A stretch of 64,000 bases of DNA, taken from the IMG/VR virus record IMGVR_UViG_3300012936_000008, positions 1 through 64,000 of that record, one strand, 5' to 3'. Under the pieces are notes generated by a model, which did not search any database, was not told where the DNA came from, and saw only the letters and a list, made by a program, of their open reading frames with translations. Source of the stretch: a virus. Both the position numbers and the translations under genes were made by a program. Positions 55,442-63,373 of the stretch are shown piece after piece. Every line of letters starts with the position of its first letter. Within the stretch, counting starts at the first letter, position 1.

Positions 55442-55627
55442 TCAAACATTTGCGCTCTCCCATGCATCGTAGAACAGATCCCATGCCTCTTGTTGATGCA
55501 CAAAGGATGCAATCCCTGACTGGTCAGATACCCAATCATATGCCATATCGATGTCTGCGTTGGTATCAAGGACGAAGGATTGCAGACCTTCGATTGCATC
55601 GATGAATGCTTCGTTCTTGTGGATCAT
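55442..55627 (-). CDS. Hypothetical protein (~61 aa; alternative start 55645)
   Basis: MIHKNEAFIDAIEGLQSFVLDTNADIDMAYDWV...FYDAWESA; downstream of the promoter cassette. Confidence 0.7.
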   Translation of the reverse strand: MIHKNEAFIDAIEGLQSFVLDTNADIDMAYDWVSDQSGIASFVHQQEAWDLFYDAWESANV

Positions 55628-55651
55628 GTTGTTTTCGTTTTTCATACATCC

Positions 55652-55710
55652 ATTATAGGCACAGGATCCAGGATTTCGCTGGTGATCTTGTGCCACCTTG
55701 CCAACTGGTT
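55652..55710 (-). promoter_or_regulatory. Early promoter cassette (palindrome + stem-loop + TATAAT)
   Basis: AACCAGTTGGCAAGGTGGCAC; stem GGCACAAGATC/GATCCTGTGCC abutting TATAAT. Confidence 0.75.
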
Positions 55711-55977
55711 TTATTTGCCGACTCCACACGGATCAGAGGCGCTAGATTCGAGGTCGGAGATGTTTACATCTTCTTGATCCAATAATTCAGGATAATACTC
55801 ATTAACCTCTTCAATCAATTCTTCTACACTATATGAGTCAAGATTGTGATCTAATTGATCATAAACCAGTGCAATGAGATCTTTAATATCAAGACCATCA
55901 ATCACGCGGTTGATGTAGTCGTCTTGCAGTTGATCGCGGTCGATGATGTTGTCCTGAGTGTTGCTGGTCATGATCAA
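55711..55977 (-). CDS. Hypothetical acidic protein (88 aa)
   Basis: IIDRDQLQDDYINRVIDGLD...EELIEEVNEYYPELL. Confidence 0.7.
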   Translation of the reverse strand: MIMTSNTQDNIIDRDQLQDDYINRVIDGLDIKDLIALVYDQLDHNLDSYSVEELIEEVNEYYPELLDQEDVNISDLESSASDPCGVGK

Positions 55978-56165
55978 TTAGCGGGTGTGATTTCGATCTT
56001 AGAGTAGTAAGGTAATTCTCTCATTACCCACTGTTCTAGTTTGTTGTTCTGTGACTTAATGCCCTTTTGTGTTGTTGGTTTTGTGGGCATTGTACGTTGA
56101 AACTCGATCACTTTGTTGTCACAAGTTTCAACGCGAATGTTGTACGTTTGCGTGGTAGTTTGCAT
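55974..56165 (-). CDS. Hypothetical protein (~63 aa)
   Basis: TGATG-coupled ORF. Confidence 0.65.
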   Translation of the reverse strand: MQTTTQTYNIRVETCDNKVIEFQRTMPTKPTTQKGIKSQNNKLEQWVMRELPYYSKIEITPAN

Positions 56166-56413
56166 CAACAGGCGCAGGGAGTGTAGGAATCAGGGCATTT
56201 TGTGAAATTAAAATCGGTGACGGTTGCATCACCTGCGAGGCGCTCATTCACCTCATTTCTGAATGTTTGTGCAGTAATTACAGACCATGAGTAAATGTTC
56301 TTACCATAATCGTTCGGGAAAGTAACACGCTTGATGAAACGTTTGACACCTTCATCAGCGATGAATGCTTCTGGAAAAAAGTCAACGATGCAGACTGAAT
56401 TAGTGATTTGCAT
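56165..56413 (-). CDS. Hypothetical protein (~82 aa)
   Basis: MQITNSVCIVDFFPEAFIA...KRFIKRVTF; follows the promoter cassette. Confidence 0.7.
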   Translation of the reverse strand: MQITNSVCIVDFFPEAFIADEGVKRFIKRVTFPNDYGKNIYSWSVITAQTFRNEVNERLAGDATVTDFNFTKCPDSYTPCAC

Positions 56414-56436
56414 GTGTGAAACTCTTGAACTTTTAT

Positions 56437-56493
56437 ACAATACACGATCTGAGGTGCTGTGCCGTTATCGTGTGCAACTTAGGCGATTGGCAC
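56437..56493 (-). promoter_or_regulatory. Early promoter cassette (palindrome + stem + TATTGT)
   Basis: GTGCCAATCGCCTAAGTTGCAC, 29 nt, then TATTGT; inverted repeat ACACGAT/ATCGTGT. Confidence 0.7.
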
Positions 56494-56496
56494 ACC

Positions 56497-57093
56497 TCAC
56501 CAGATCGGTGGGCATGGTGTAAGGTTGCTCACGTTGATTGTTTGATAGTCTGTCTTGCTATTCTGCTGCTTGACGTTATCAATATCAAAATATAGATCAA
56601 TAGTGTCAACAGTGCCATGGTATTGACGAGAGAGGACATCATCGAGTTTAGTGCGATTCTTTGCACTGATAACATCATCGAAACCAGTCACTTCGCCTGC
56701 TGTGTTGAAACGAGGTGCAATGCGAGGGAGAACACTAACGAAGAGAATCTTCTCGATGGTATTACACTTGGGAGCGTAATACAAACGTGCCGCTTCACCG
56801 ACTGTGGTATTTGCATAGTTCTTGATATTCTTGTTTACGTTGCTGTTAATTGCTTTGGCAAGAATAGCAACAACAAGATCACCATCAGAATTAAATCCTG
56901 CGATGTCGATGTCAAATGTGCCACCGAATGCATCCTCTTGAAGTTTATATTCAAACTTCCAATCATACTCAGCGAGGTCAGGATTAGCATTCAAGACCTC
57001 ATCAAGCAGCACAGAATGCAGAGCGTCAGTACGCTTGGAGGAGCGAACATTCTGGAAAGATGTTGAGAGGAAATCTTCTAAAATCATGGTCAT
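56497..57093 (-). CDS. Putative PD-(D/E)XK restriction-endonuclease-like nuclease
   Basis: KFEYKL...TFDIDIAGF...VAILAKAINSNVNKNIKNYANTTVGEAARL resembles type II REase cores; flanked by promoter cassettes on both sides. Confidence 0.5.
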   Translation of the reverse strand: MTMILEDFLSTSFQNVRSSKRTDALHSVLLDEVLNANPDLAEYDWKFEYKLQEDAFGGTFDIDIAGFNSDGDLVVAILAKAINSNVNKNIKNYANTTVGEAARLYYAPKCNTIEKILFVSVLPRIAPRFNTAGEVTGFDDVISAKNRTKLDDVLSRQYHGTVDTIDLYFDIDNVKQQNSKTDYQTINVSNLTPCPPIW

Positions 57094-57109
57094 TTGTTTC
57101 AATAAACAT

Positions 57110-57167
57110 ACAATACAGGACCACGAGGAAAAATCTACCAATCGTGGTCCAGTTCGCGAGGTGTCAC
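57110..57167 (-). promoter_or_regulatory. Early promoter cassette (palindrome + stem + TATTGT)
   Basis: GTGACACCTCGCGAACTGGACC, 30 nt, then TATTGT; stem GGACCACGA/TCGTGGTCC. Confidence 0.7.
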
Positions 57168-57722
57168 ATTCATGTTAAAACTTAGCGTTAATCGATTAGT
57201 GTCATGTTTCTGCAATCTTACGCCATGACGTACAAACGAAGGGAACACAATTAGATCACCCTCATTAATATCAGGGTGCAACACTGGTGACTGTCTGAAA
57301 ATGTGTGTGTAACCTAGAATGGTATGATCTAGATTCATGTTCTCAAAATAGAATTGTCCATCCTTTTCTTTATCGAACTGAATGAAGATCACACCAGAGA
57401 AGTTAATGAAATCAGGATAGTTTACATGGTTGTGTGGTTCTTGTGCATGACCACTGTTATATAAATTCAACCATGAATTAACTATCTCGATGTCACAATT
57501 ACTAGGGAAATACTGATACAGATAGGGTGCTAGGAGTTGTCCGAGTTCTTCGGGAGCGACAACATCTTTCTCCTCAAAATAAGTCGTGTGAACACTACAA
57601 TTCCAACGACCCTCAGCATCAGTAAGGAGATGCCTAGCAGACTCCAAAAGGGATCCGAAGATCTCCTTGTGTTTGTGAATGTGTGCTTGGTGGTACTTTA
57701 TCGGAAACAGTGTTCGGGTCAT
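57135..57722 (-). CDS. 2OG-Fe(II) oxygenase (HxH type)
   Basis: LFPIK...SWLNLY...QEPHNH...EGDLIVFPSFVRHGV...RLTLSFN. Confidence 0.85.
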   Translation of the reverse strand: MTRTLFPIKYHQAHIHKHKEIFGSLLESARHLLTDAEGRWNCSVHTTYFEEKDVVAPEELGQLLAPYLYQYFPSNCDIEIVNSWLNLYNSGHAQEPHNHVNYPDFINFSGVIFIQFDKEKDGQFYFENMNLDHTILGYTHIFRQSPVLHPDINEGDLIVFPSFVRHGVRLQKHDTNRLTLSFNMNVTPRELDHDW

Positions 57723-58212
57723 CAGGGACAACTAAGATCAATTTTTTAGTGTAGTCATATGCATATGTGGTACGATTGCCATGGATACCCCATCCCAACC
57801 AGTACCATGCATGATGCATGTAATGCTGGACAGTTTGTCCTCTACCTTTCAACACAAGTTGAAACTCTTGCCACTGATTCTCATTCACCATGTAGCGAAG
57901 TTGTGTATCAAAGTCACTCGGACTCCCCCCGTATGCGCGGGCAAATTGGGCAAGTCCGTCATATCTGTTCTGCGAAGTCCATTGAATCAGACCATATCCT
58001 CCACGCAAACATGCATCGTAAGGAACGATTGCACCTCCCTCACATATTTGATGTTGGAAGTTGCTCTCTTGTTTGATGTTACCGAGTACAGTTGCGATGG
58101 CATTCTTATCATGAATGCCACGCTCTTGCAGGAAATCAGTAACCCTTACCTCAGCAGGTGTGCATCCAACACATTCAATTCTCGGTGCTGGTGGCAGATC
58201 GTACATAATCAT
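57634..58212 (-). CDS. Phage tail-lysozyme-like (Phage_lysozyme2-type) protein
   Basis: AIATVLGNIKQESNF...GGYGLIQWT...QLRYMVNE. Confidence 0.8.
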   Translation of the reverse strand: MIMYDLPPAPRIECVGCTPAEVRVTDFLQERGIHDKNAIATVLGNIKQESNFQHQICEGGAIVPYDACLRGGYGLIQWTSQNRYDGLAQFARAYGGSPSDFDTQLRYMVNENQWQEFQLVLKGRGQTVQHYMHHAWYWLGWGIHGNRTTYAYDYTKKLILVVPDDPNTVSDKVPPSTHSQTQGDLRIPFGVC

Positions 58213-58240
58213 CTTGGTCAGTTTCGTAGTTCAAAATCTG

Positions 58241-58269
58241 AGTATAATCGTCCAGATTGGATATGTCAA
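58241..58269 (-). promoter_or_regulatory. sigma70-type promoter
   Basis: TTGACA-N17-TATACT upstream of the lysozyme-like gene. Confidence 0.8.
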
Positions 58270-58490
58270 TAGTACCTAGGATCGCTAGGTTGGACTCTAT
58301 CCAACTCGGACAGTTGTGGGGATTTGAGCAACTCATGTCTGTAATCCAGTTCTGAATACAACTGGGTTAGAAGGTTTTGTAAGTAGTCTGACTTAATGTC
58401 CTTACATGTAGTCATTAAGTCTAGTGTCTTGTTCTTTGCATCTTCCAGAACGAAACAGTCCCGAGTGCGAACATCGATCCCCGTGGTCAT
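58266..58490 (-). CDS. Hypothetical protein (74 aa)
   Basis: ATGA-coupled ORF. Confidence 0.65.
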   Translation of the reverse strand: MTTGIDVRTRDCFVLEDAKNKTLDLMTTCKDIKSDYLQNLLTQLYSELDYRHELLKSPQLSELDRVQPSDPRYY

Positions 58491-58687
58491 GCGAATCCTC
58501 CTCCTTTGTGTTTAGCGTCAATTACTTCAACATGGTCACAATAGTCAGCATAGTTCCACCACGCTTCAATTACTTGCATGTAGTCATCAACAATCTTGAC
58601 AGATCCATCGACACAAAATATCTTATATCTGTGTCGATTGTATGGATCAGCAGATGTATTAGTGAAGAATTCAGGCAATCCAGTCAT
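58487..58687 (-). CDS. Hypothetical protein (66 aa)
   Basis: MTGLPEFFTNTSADPYNRHRYK...VEVIDAKHKGGGFA; ATGA-coupled at 58687. Confidence 0.75.
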   Translation of the reverse strand: MTGLPEFFTNTSADPYNRHRYKIFCVDGSVKIVDDYMQVIEAWWNYADYCDHVEVIDAKHKGGGFA

Positions 58688-58845
58688 CGGAATTCTCGGC
58701 ACATTTCATCATAACCTGCACCCACGGGCACAGATTTACAGAGTCGTGTCATCTTCCTATCTTGGATGTCTGACACTGTACCGATAGCATTGACACCAAT
58801 GATAGTGCCAACAACTAAAACAATACCGAGGAGAGCGAAACGCAT
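58684..58845 (-). CDS. Small membrane-anchored protein (53 aa; not in ORF track)
   Basis: MRFALLGIVLVVGTIIGVNAIGTVSDIQDRKMTRLCKSVPVGAGYDEMCREFR*. Confidence 0.7.
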   Translation of the reverse strand: MRFALLGIVLVVGTIIGVNAIGTVSDIQDRKMTRLCKSVPVGAGYDEMCREFR

Positions 58846-58908
58846 GATCAATAATCTGGTGTGTACTATGCTAGGTCTTACGCTTAATACTGTGCTGCCT
58901 AGTGTTAA

Positions 58909-59097
58909 TTACTTCTGGAACTTACCGTGCTTAAATGTAGCGTACTCAGGGTTGTTGACCCAACGACCCTCAGCGCAGGACCATACGATAGGCAGCGGTG
59001 TGGGTTGTGGAGCGTTGTGAGCAGTCTTGCGGAGCAGTTCACGAGACTCAGCGAACAGTTCGTCGAGAGTGAGGCGAGCAGGGCGAACACCGTACAT
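58909..59097 (-). CDS. Hypothetical protein (62 aa)
   Basis: First ORF after the promoter cassette at 59123. Confidence 0.6.
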   Translation of the reverse strand: MYGVRPARLTLDELFAESRELLRKTAHNAPQPTPLPIVWSCAEGRWVNNPEYATFKHGKFQK

Positions 59098-59122
59098 GGT
59101 TGGTTCCGTTGATTACTTTGTA

Positions 59123-59179
59123 ATTATAGGGTCTGAGGCGACCCTGACAGTATTTAGTATGCCACTAAGATATGTGGAC
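59123..59179 (-). promoter_or_regulatory. Early promoter cassette (palindrome + hairpin + TATAAT)
   Basis: GTCCACATATCTTAGTGGCAT, 30 nt, then TATAAT; hairpin AGGGTC-GCCTCA-GACCCT; also contains late-like CTAAATA. Confidence 0.7.
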
Positions 59180-59683
59180 ACCCTTGTGTGGACAGATCGC
59201 GCCAAGACTGATACGAATGTCATTCGTGGGCGGTTCGCCGTCGTGCTCTAATAGTGAACTAAACACAATGATTCTACCCTTCTTAAATGCTACTCGTTGC
59301 CCATTTGCAAAGGTAGTATCACCGTCCTCACCATATGCATGGTATATGACACTAGTAGCAGGACGATTGAAGTCTGTATGTGTCTGTGAGGTGTGTCCAG
59401 GGTTCTGTGCATTTACTAGCAGTCTATGCACATGTGTGAGTGGTAGATCCTTACAAATATCCTTCATGATACATTCATTGAAGTATGCAAAGAACCAATA
59501 CCATGGTGTCTCATTCGTGAACTCATTATCTCTGATGACAGTGTTACCCCAGAATCTTGCTTTCTTATAGTCACCGTATGGTGTGTTGTTATAGAAGAAT
59601 GGGAAATCTGTTGAGAGATAGTTACCCACATCATCTATAATCCAGTCTGGAAAGTATCCATCAATAATTCTAATATCACTCAT
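59165..59683 (-). CDS. 2OG-Fe(II) oxygenase (HxD type)
   Basis: IRIIDGYF...THTD...GRIIVFSSLLEHDG..P...RISL. Confidence 0.85.
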   Translation of the reverse strand: MSDIRIIDGYFPDWIIDDVGNYLSTDFPFFYNNTPYGDYKKARFWGNTVIRDNEFTNETPWYWFFAYFNECIMKDICKDLPLTHVHRLLVNAQNPGHTSQTHTDFNRPATSVIYHAYGEDGDTTFANGQRVAFKKGRIIVFSSLLEHDGEPPTNDIRISLGAICPHKGVHIS

Positions 59684-60270
59684 GATAGTATAAAGTTCGC
59701 TGAAACGGTTATTCTTGCTTGTGTGGTGTCTGCCTGTGGTGTCACCTGATGATGAGTGTAGGATGGAAATATAATTATATCACCTTCCTTCACATCTGGG
59801 AACCATGTGTTCGTTGCAGGATAATGTTTAGTAAAGTATCCATGATGCACATCCTGATTAGGATTGTAGAATACAAAACTACCATCAGTTTCAGGATTAT
59901 ATTGTAGGAAGTAAGCACAACTAAATGCTGTGTTATCTCCTCCACAATGTGTGTGTACCTCTTGTGATTGCCCTTGCTTATATACATTTATCCACGCATC
60001 GCTCATTTTGATGGTGGTCTTGTCCTTTCCACCCAGTTGGACGTGCATGTCCATGAGATTATCGGAAATATAGTTGTTGAACATCTGCCATGAAAAATCG
60101 TCCCGATTCGTGTCACTTTCAAAGGACGACGAAACAGAACAATTCCATTCGGCAGGTTGTGTGAGTGTTGCTGTACCTAATTCATACAGCAACATTGCTT
60201 TCAGTGACTCATGATTTCTCACTTCCCCATGGTAATACCATTTAGGAAATAGATTTTGTACTTTACCCAT
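59680..60270 (-). CDS. 2OG-Fe(II) oxygenase (HxH type)
   Basis: AWINVY...QEVHTH...EGDIIIFPSYTHHQV...RITVSAN. Confidence 0.85.
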   Translation of the reverse strand: MGKVQNLFPKWYYHGEVRNHESLKAMLLYELGTATLTQPAEWNCSVSSSFESDTNRDDFSWQMFNNYISDNLMDMHVQLGGKDKTTIKMSDAWINVYKQGQSQEVHTHCGGDNTAFSCAYFLQYNPETDGSFVFYNPNQDVHHGYFTKHYPATNTWFPDVKEGDIIIFPSYTHHQVTPQADTTQARITVSANFILS

Positions 60271-61526
60271 TATGCAACAAGAGAGAGGGGAGGAATGCCT
60301 TTGACGAAGATAGCATCAACGACATTTTGCAGACGCTTGACAACATGCTTGCCATAAGTCTTGTGGACAGGGACAGTAACGAAACCAGTGGGTTTGTTGT
60401 AGAAACCCCACTGACATGCTGTAAGTTCACCAGACTTCAAACGTGCAGCGTCATTCTTATCTAGGCGGATAACACGACCGATAGTCTGTGCCATCTCAAC
60501 CACGTTAAGGTTACGCAACAAAATGCAGTGAGTGAGACCAGGGACGTTGATACCTTCGCTGAGGATACTGTAATGGAAAACAATGAACTTGCGACCATCT
60601 TCTTTACCCCATGTTGTAAGAGTATCGAAGAATACTTCACGAGATACTTTCTTACCGTTGATGATAGCACCGAACTTAGATGTAACGTGCATGACATCAT
60701 AACCACGCTCTTTGAGGTCAAGGAGCAGAGTTGTGCGAGATACCATGTTACCCAACACACGAGAAGAGGGAACAGCAACCAGAACTTTACTGGCGTGTGT
60801 CTCATCAAGGTTGTCAAGAATGTCACGCACAGTGTCAGCATCTACATCGTGGATGTTGTGCTTGGTACGCTCGTTGTCTGTCTCGAAAGGAACAATCGTG
60901 GGACGGAGAATGTGACCCTGCTCAATGAGTTCAGGAGCAGGAACGTTGCAGATAACACTACCATAGATGTCAGTATTACCCATCGAACGAGAGTGACGAC
61001 GAGAAATACGAGGGGTGGCAGTAAAGAAGTAGCAACGATCAGCGACCATGGATGTTGCAGCAGTGCCAATGAAGAAGGACTTGCCAACACTGTTGTGTGC
61101 CTCATCAAAGTATGCACAGTCGATAGAAATACCGCTGTCAATGATCTTAGGGAGAGAATGATAGGTGGTGAAGATGATGCGATGTGTCACCATAGATGCA
61201 CACATCTTGTCGAACATTTGAATGCGATCGATCTTAGTTGTGCTGAAATGCTTGGTCTCGCCACTGTGAACGTGAGCAGGAACAAGGTCAGGACGAACAA
61301 CACCAGGGAACGACAGGAACTCATCGCAGAGTTGATTAGCGAGGAGAATGCGAGGAGCAACCACAACGAAGGTCAGAGGGCGCTCAGCAGCGTCCATGAG
61401 GCGCTTGGCGTGTTCGATCATGATGATGGTCTTGCCACCACCAGTAGGCACGATAACCTGACCTTTGTCAGCGTCCTGCATTGCAGCGAGTGCTCGTGCT
61501 TGGTGGGGACGGAGAGTGATGGTCAA
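60270..61526 (-). CDS. SF2 DEAH-box helicase (ResIII-like)
   Basis: LRPHQ, PTGGGKT, APRILLANQ, FDEAH, FTATP, LSEGINVP, QTIGRVIR. Confidence 0.92.
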   Translation of the reverse strand: MTITLRPHQARALAAMQDADKGQVIVPTGGGKTIIMIEHAKRLMDAAERPLTFVVVAPRILLANQLCDEFLSFPGVVRPDLVPAHVHSGETKHFSTTKIDRIQMFDKMCASMVTHRIIFTTYHSLPKIIDSGISIDCAYFDEAHNSVGKSFFIGTAATSMVADRCYFFTATPRISRRHSRSMGNTDIYGSVICNVPAPELIEQGHILRPTIVPFETDNERTKHNIHDVDADTVRDILDNLDETHASKVLVAVPSSRVLGNMVSRTTLLLDLKERGYDVMHVTSKFGAIINGKKVSREVFFDTLTTWGKEDGRKFIVFHYSILSEGINVPGLTHCILLRNLNVVEMAQTIGRVIRLDKNDAARLKSGELTACQWGFYNKPTGFVTVPVHKTYGKHVVKRLQNVVDAIFVKGIPPLSLVA

Positions 61527-61550
61527 GGCGTGTCTGTGTCGTTACTATAA

Positions 61551-61606
61551 ATTATACAGCAAAAAGGGGTGCTTAGCACCCCCTTGTGACAGTTATTCAA
61601 TCGGAC
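61551..61606 (-). promoter_or_regulatory. Early promoter cassette with embedded terminator-like hairpin
   Basis: GTCCGATTGAATAACTGTCAC, 29 nt, then TATAAT; the spacer is AAGGGGGTGC-TAA-GCACCCC-TTTTT. Confidence 0.75.
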
Positions 61607-61737
61607 AGCGGACTCTCGCGCTTCAAGAGATGATACTCTTTCTTTAACACACTCTCCACATAGTTACTGATTCGTGTGTCTTCTTCTGTCTCGTAATACT
61701 CTTCGATTACGGTTTGTTTGTAGTCATAATAAGTCAT
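61597..61737 (-). CDS. Small acidic Tyr-rich protein (46 aa; not in ORF track)
   Basis: MTYYDYKQTVIEEYYETEEDTRISNYVESVLKKEYHLLKRESPLSD*; ATGA-coupled. Confidence 0.6.
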   Translation of the reverse strand: MTYYDYKQTVIEEYYETEEDTRISNYVESVLKKEYHLLKRESPLSD

Positions 61738-62063
61738 CGTTCTGTGATTGATGGTAACATTTCATTGCCTGGGTGATCATTAGTCTTGCCCCTATATGCT
61801 TTGCTATATGCAAAGTGATCACTATCTAACTCTAACTCCTCCCAGTCCCATTCTTGAACAACTAAACAACATTTGTTCATTGGTCGTTTAGATCCTGGTG
61901 GATTAGGTTTCTCGCTAACACACAGCAGCAAATGTGTGTCATCGATGTAATTAATATACCCTTCATGTCCTCTCCACCTACATCGTGCCCCAACAGATAG
62001 GGACTTAACGATATTTCTGATCTCTAATGCTGGTGCTTCTGAGATGAATAAGGGTGTAGTCAT
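61734..62063 (-). CDS. Hypothetical protein (109 aa)
   Basis: Coupled ORF; W.G..G.INYI....LCV pattern. Confidence 0.7.
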   Translation of the reverse strand: MTTPLFISEAPALEIRNIVKSLSVGARCRWRGHEGYINYIDDTHLLLCVSEKPNPPGSKRPMNKCCLVVQEWDWEELELDSDHFAYSKAYRGKTNDHPGNEMLPSITER

Positions 62064-62659
62064 AGTGTTAGGTGTGAAGTTGCTTGACCGTATTCTCCTC
62101 TAATCATGAGATTAAAGGCGAGAGAGTACCTCCTATTTGTATCTTGGTTTGGTTGTACTGAGTGTACCAGATCTGAGGGGAAGATCACGACCATACCGTC
62201 CACTGGTTGAAGTGTCCACCGTGGACTGTTATACACATTAAATGAAACTCTATCAGGATCCAGTGTGTGATACTTATGATTTGTGAACACTAGACCACCA
62301 CACTTAGGATTTGTCTTCAAGTACACAATGCCACTAAACATGCTGTTTCTATGTGCATGTTCATGTGCAGATTCTAAATGATCATGACAATTAATCCATG
62401 AACATGGTATATCAATTATATATTTCTCATCGATACCCATCGTGCCATAGATATACTCTTTGACATGTGGTTCGATGAAGTCCATGATCTCAGGTAGGTC
62501 AGCAATCACATTTTGATTGACTGATTGACTACCTCTCCACTGTTCTTTCTGTTGATACTCTAAATTCTCAACGTCATCAATGACGTAGGGCAGATTATCA
62601 CCAACTGCACAATATACAGGTGATGAGAACAAGGGGATAATCTCAGATGAAATTTGCAT
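62060..62659 (-). CDS. 2OG-Fe(II) oxygenase (HxH type, TIGR02466-like)
   Basis: PLFSSPV...SWIN...HEHAHRNSMFSG...VIFPSDLVHSV..N...RYSLAFN. Confidence 0.88.
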   Translation of the reverse strand: MQISSEIIPLFSSPVYCAVGDNLPYVIDDVENLEYQQKEQWRGSQSVNQNVIADLPEIMDFIEPHVKEYIYGTMGIDEKYIIDIPCSWINCHDHLESAHEHAHRNSMFSGIVYLKTNPKCGGLVFTNHKYHTLDPDRVSFNVYNSPRWTLQPVDGMVVIFPSDLVHSVQPNQDTNRRYSLAFNLMIRGEYGQATSHLTL

Positions 62660-63134
62660 TAATTAGGATCCTATTCTTGTGCTCACTAGGACTGTATCCT
62701 GTGTGCATGTGTCGTCCGTTGAATGTTAGGAGTCTGTTCTTCTTTGGTTGCACACGAACGATGTCGTGATCGTTCTTGTCTCCCAGAATAATAGTGTCGC
62801 CATCAGTATCGTTGACATAATAGATACACACCTTATGTGGTTTTTTGGAGTCTACATGAAAATCATGACGAAATACATTAGGGTTATACAGTGTCATATC
62901 TGCGCGTACACGTAGACATTCTTTGCACTGTATTTCCTCTTGCATCTTTGCTACTAAGTCAGCAAAATCAGGGTCTCCATCAACTGTCAACCAGTGATTG
63001 AAACCATGTGCTTCTAACTTATCAGATCCATTCGTCAACGTATGTTGATAGAACCAAGGAAACTCCCACCCCATGAGTATATCGTGGAGGTGAGAGTGAT
63101 AGTCAGAATCGAGGAAATCATCGATGATCCTCAT
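62643..63134 (-). CDS. 2OG-Fe(II) oxygenase (HxD type)
   Basis: MRIIDDFL...FPWFY...FHVD...IYYVNDTDGDT...PKKNRLLTFNG..MHTG..P...RILINAN. Confidence 0.88.
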   Translation of the reverse strand: MRIIDDFLDSDYHSHLHDILMGWEFPWFYQHTLTNGSDKLEAHGFNHWLTVDGDPDFADLVAKMQEEIQCKECLRVRADMTLYNPNVFRHDFHVDSKKPHKVCIYYVNDTDGDTIILGDKNDHDIVRVQPKKNRLLTFNGRHMHTGYSPSEHKNRILINANFI

Positions 63135-63297
63135 GTCTGAGATGCAGGGCGGTCGCAATTTCATTAATCAGATTTTTCTTTTCAATGGGTACTTCGCCTA
63201 TCTTATGATAGTATTCCTTTTGTAAGGAAAACAGTGCATGACGCAGAAGAGTTTTCTGCTCTTCGTTAAGCATTTGAGATTTAAGGAACATGGTCAT
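63118..63297 (-). CDS. Hypothetical protein (~59 aa)
   Basis: Short helical ORF between two oxygenase genes; start uncertain. Confidence 0.6.
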   Translation of the reverse strand: MTMFLKSQMLNEEQKTLLRHALFSLQKEYYHKIGEVPIEKKNLINEIATALHLRHEDHR

Positions 63298-63373
63298 GGG
63301 TGCGGAGACCACTACTATTTAACTGTTTACCCTCAGATGATAGCAACTGTATCATCTACTGCAATACCCCTTG

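Noticed and set aside
58280-58320. Half-motif AACTGTCC and small hairpins upstream of the 58241 promoter
   Set aside because: About 60 nt from the -10 and lacks the second half-site, so it is not counted as a full cassette.
60528-61550. 340-aa plus-strand ORF
   Set aside because: Lies antisense to the helicase, which has all SF2 motifs; a shadow frame.
52420-61606. Palindromes interpreted as CRISPR repeats or integron attC sites
   Set aside because: Copies are degenerate, 0.7-2.4 kb apart and tied to -10 boxes. There is no constant spacer length, cas gene, integrase or attC R-box pattern.
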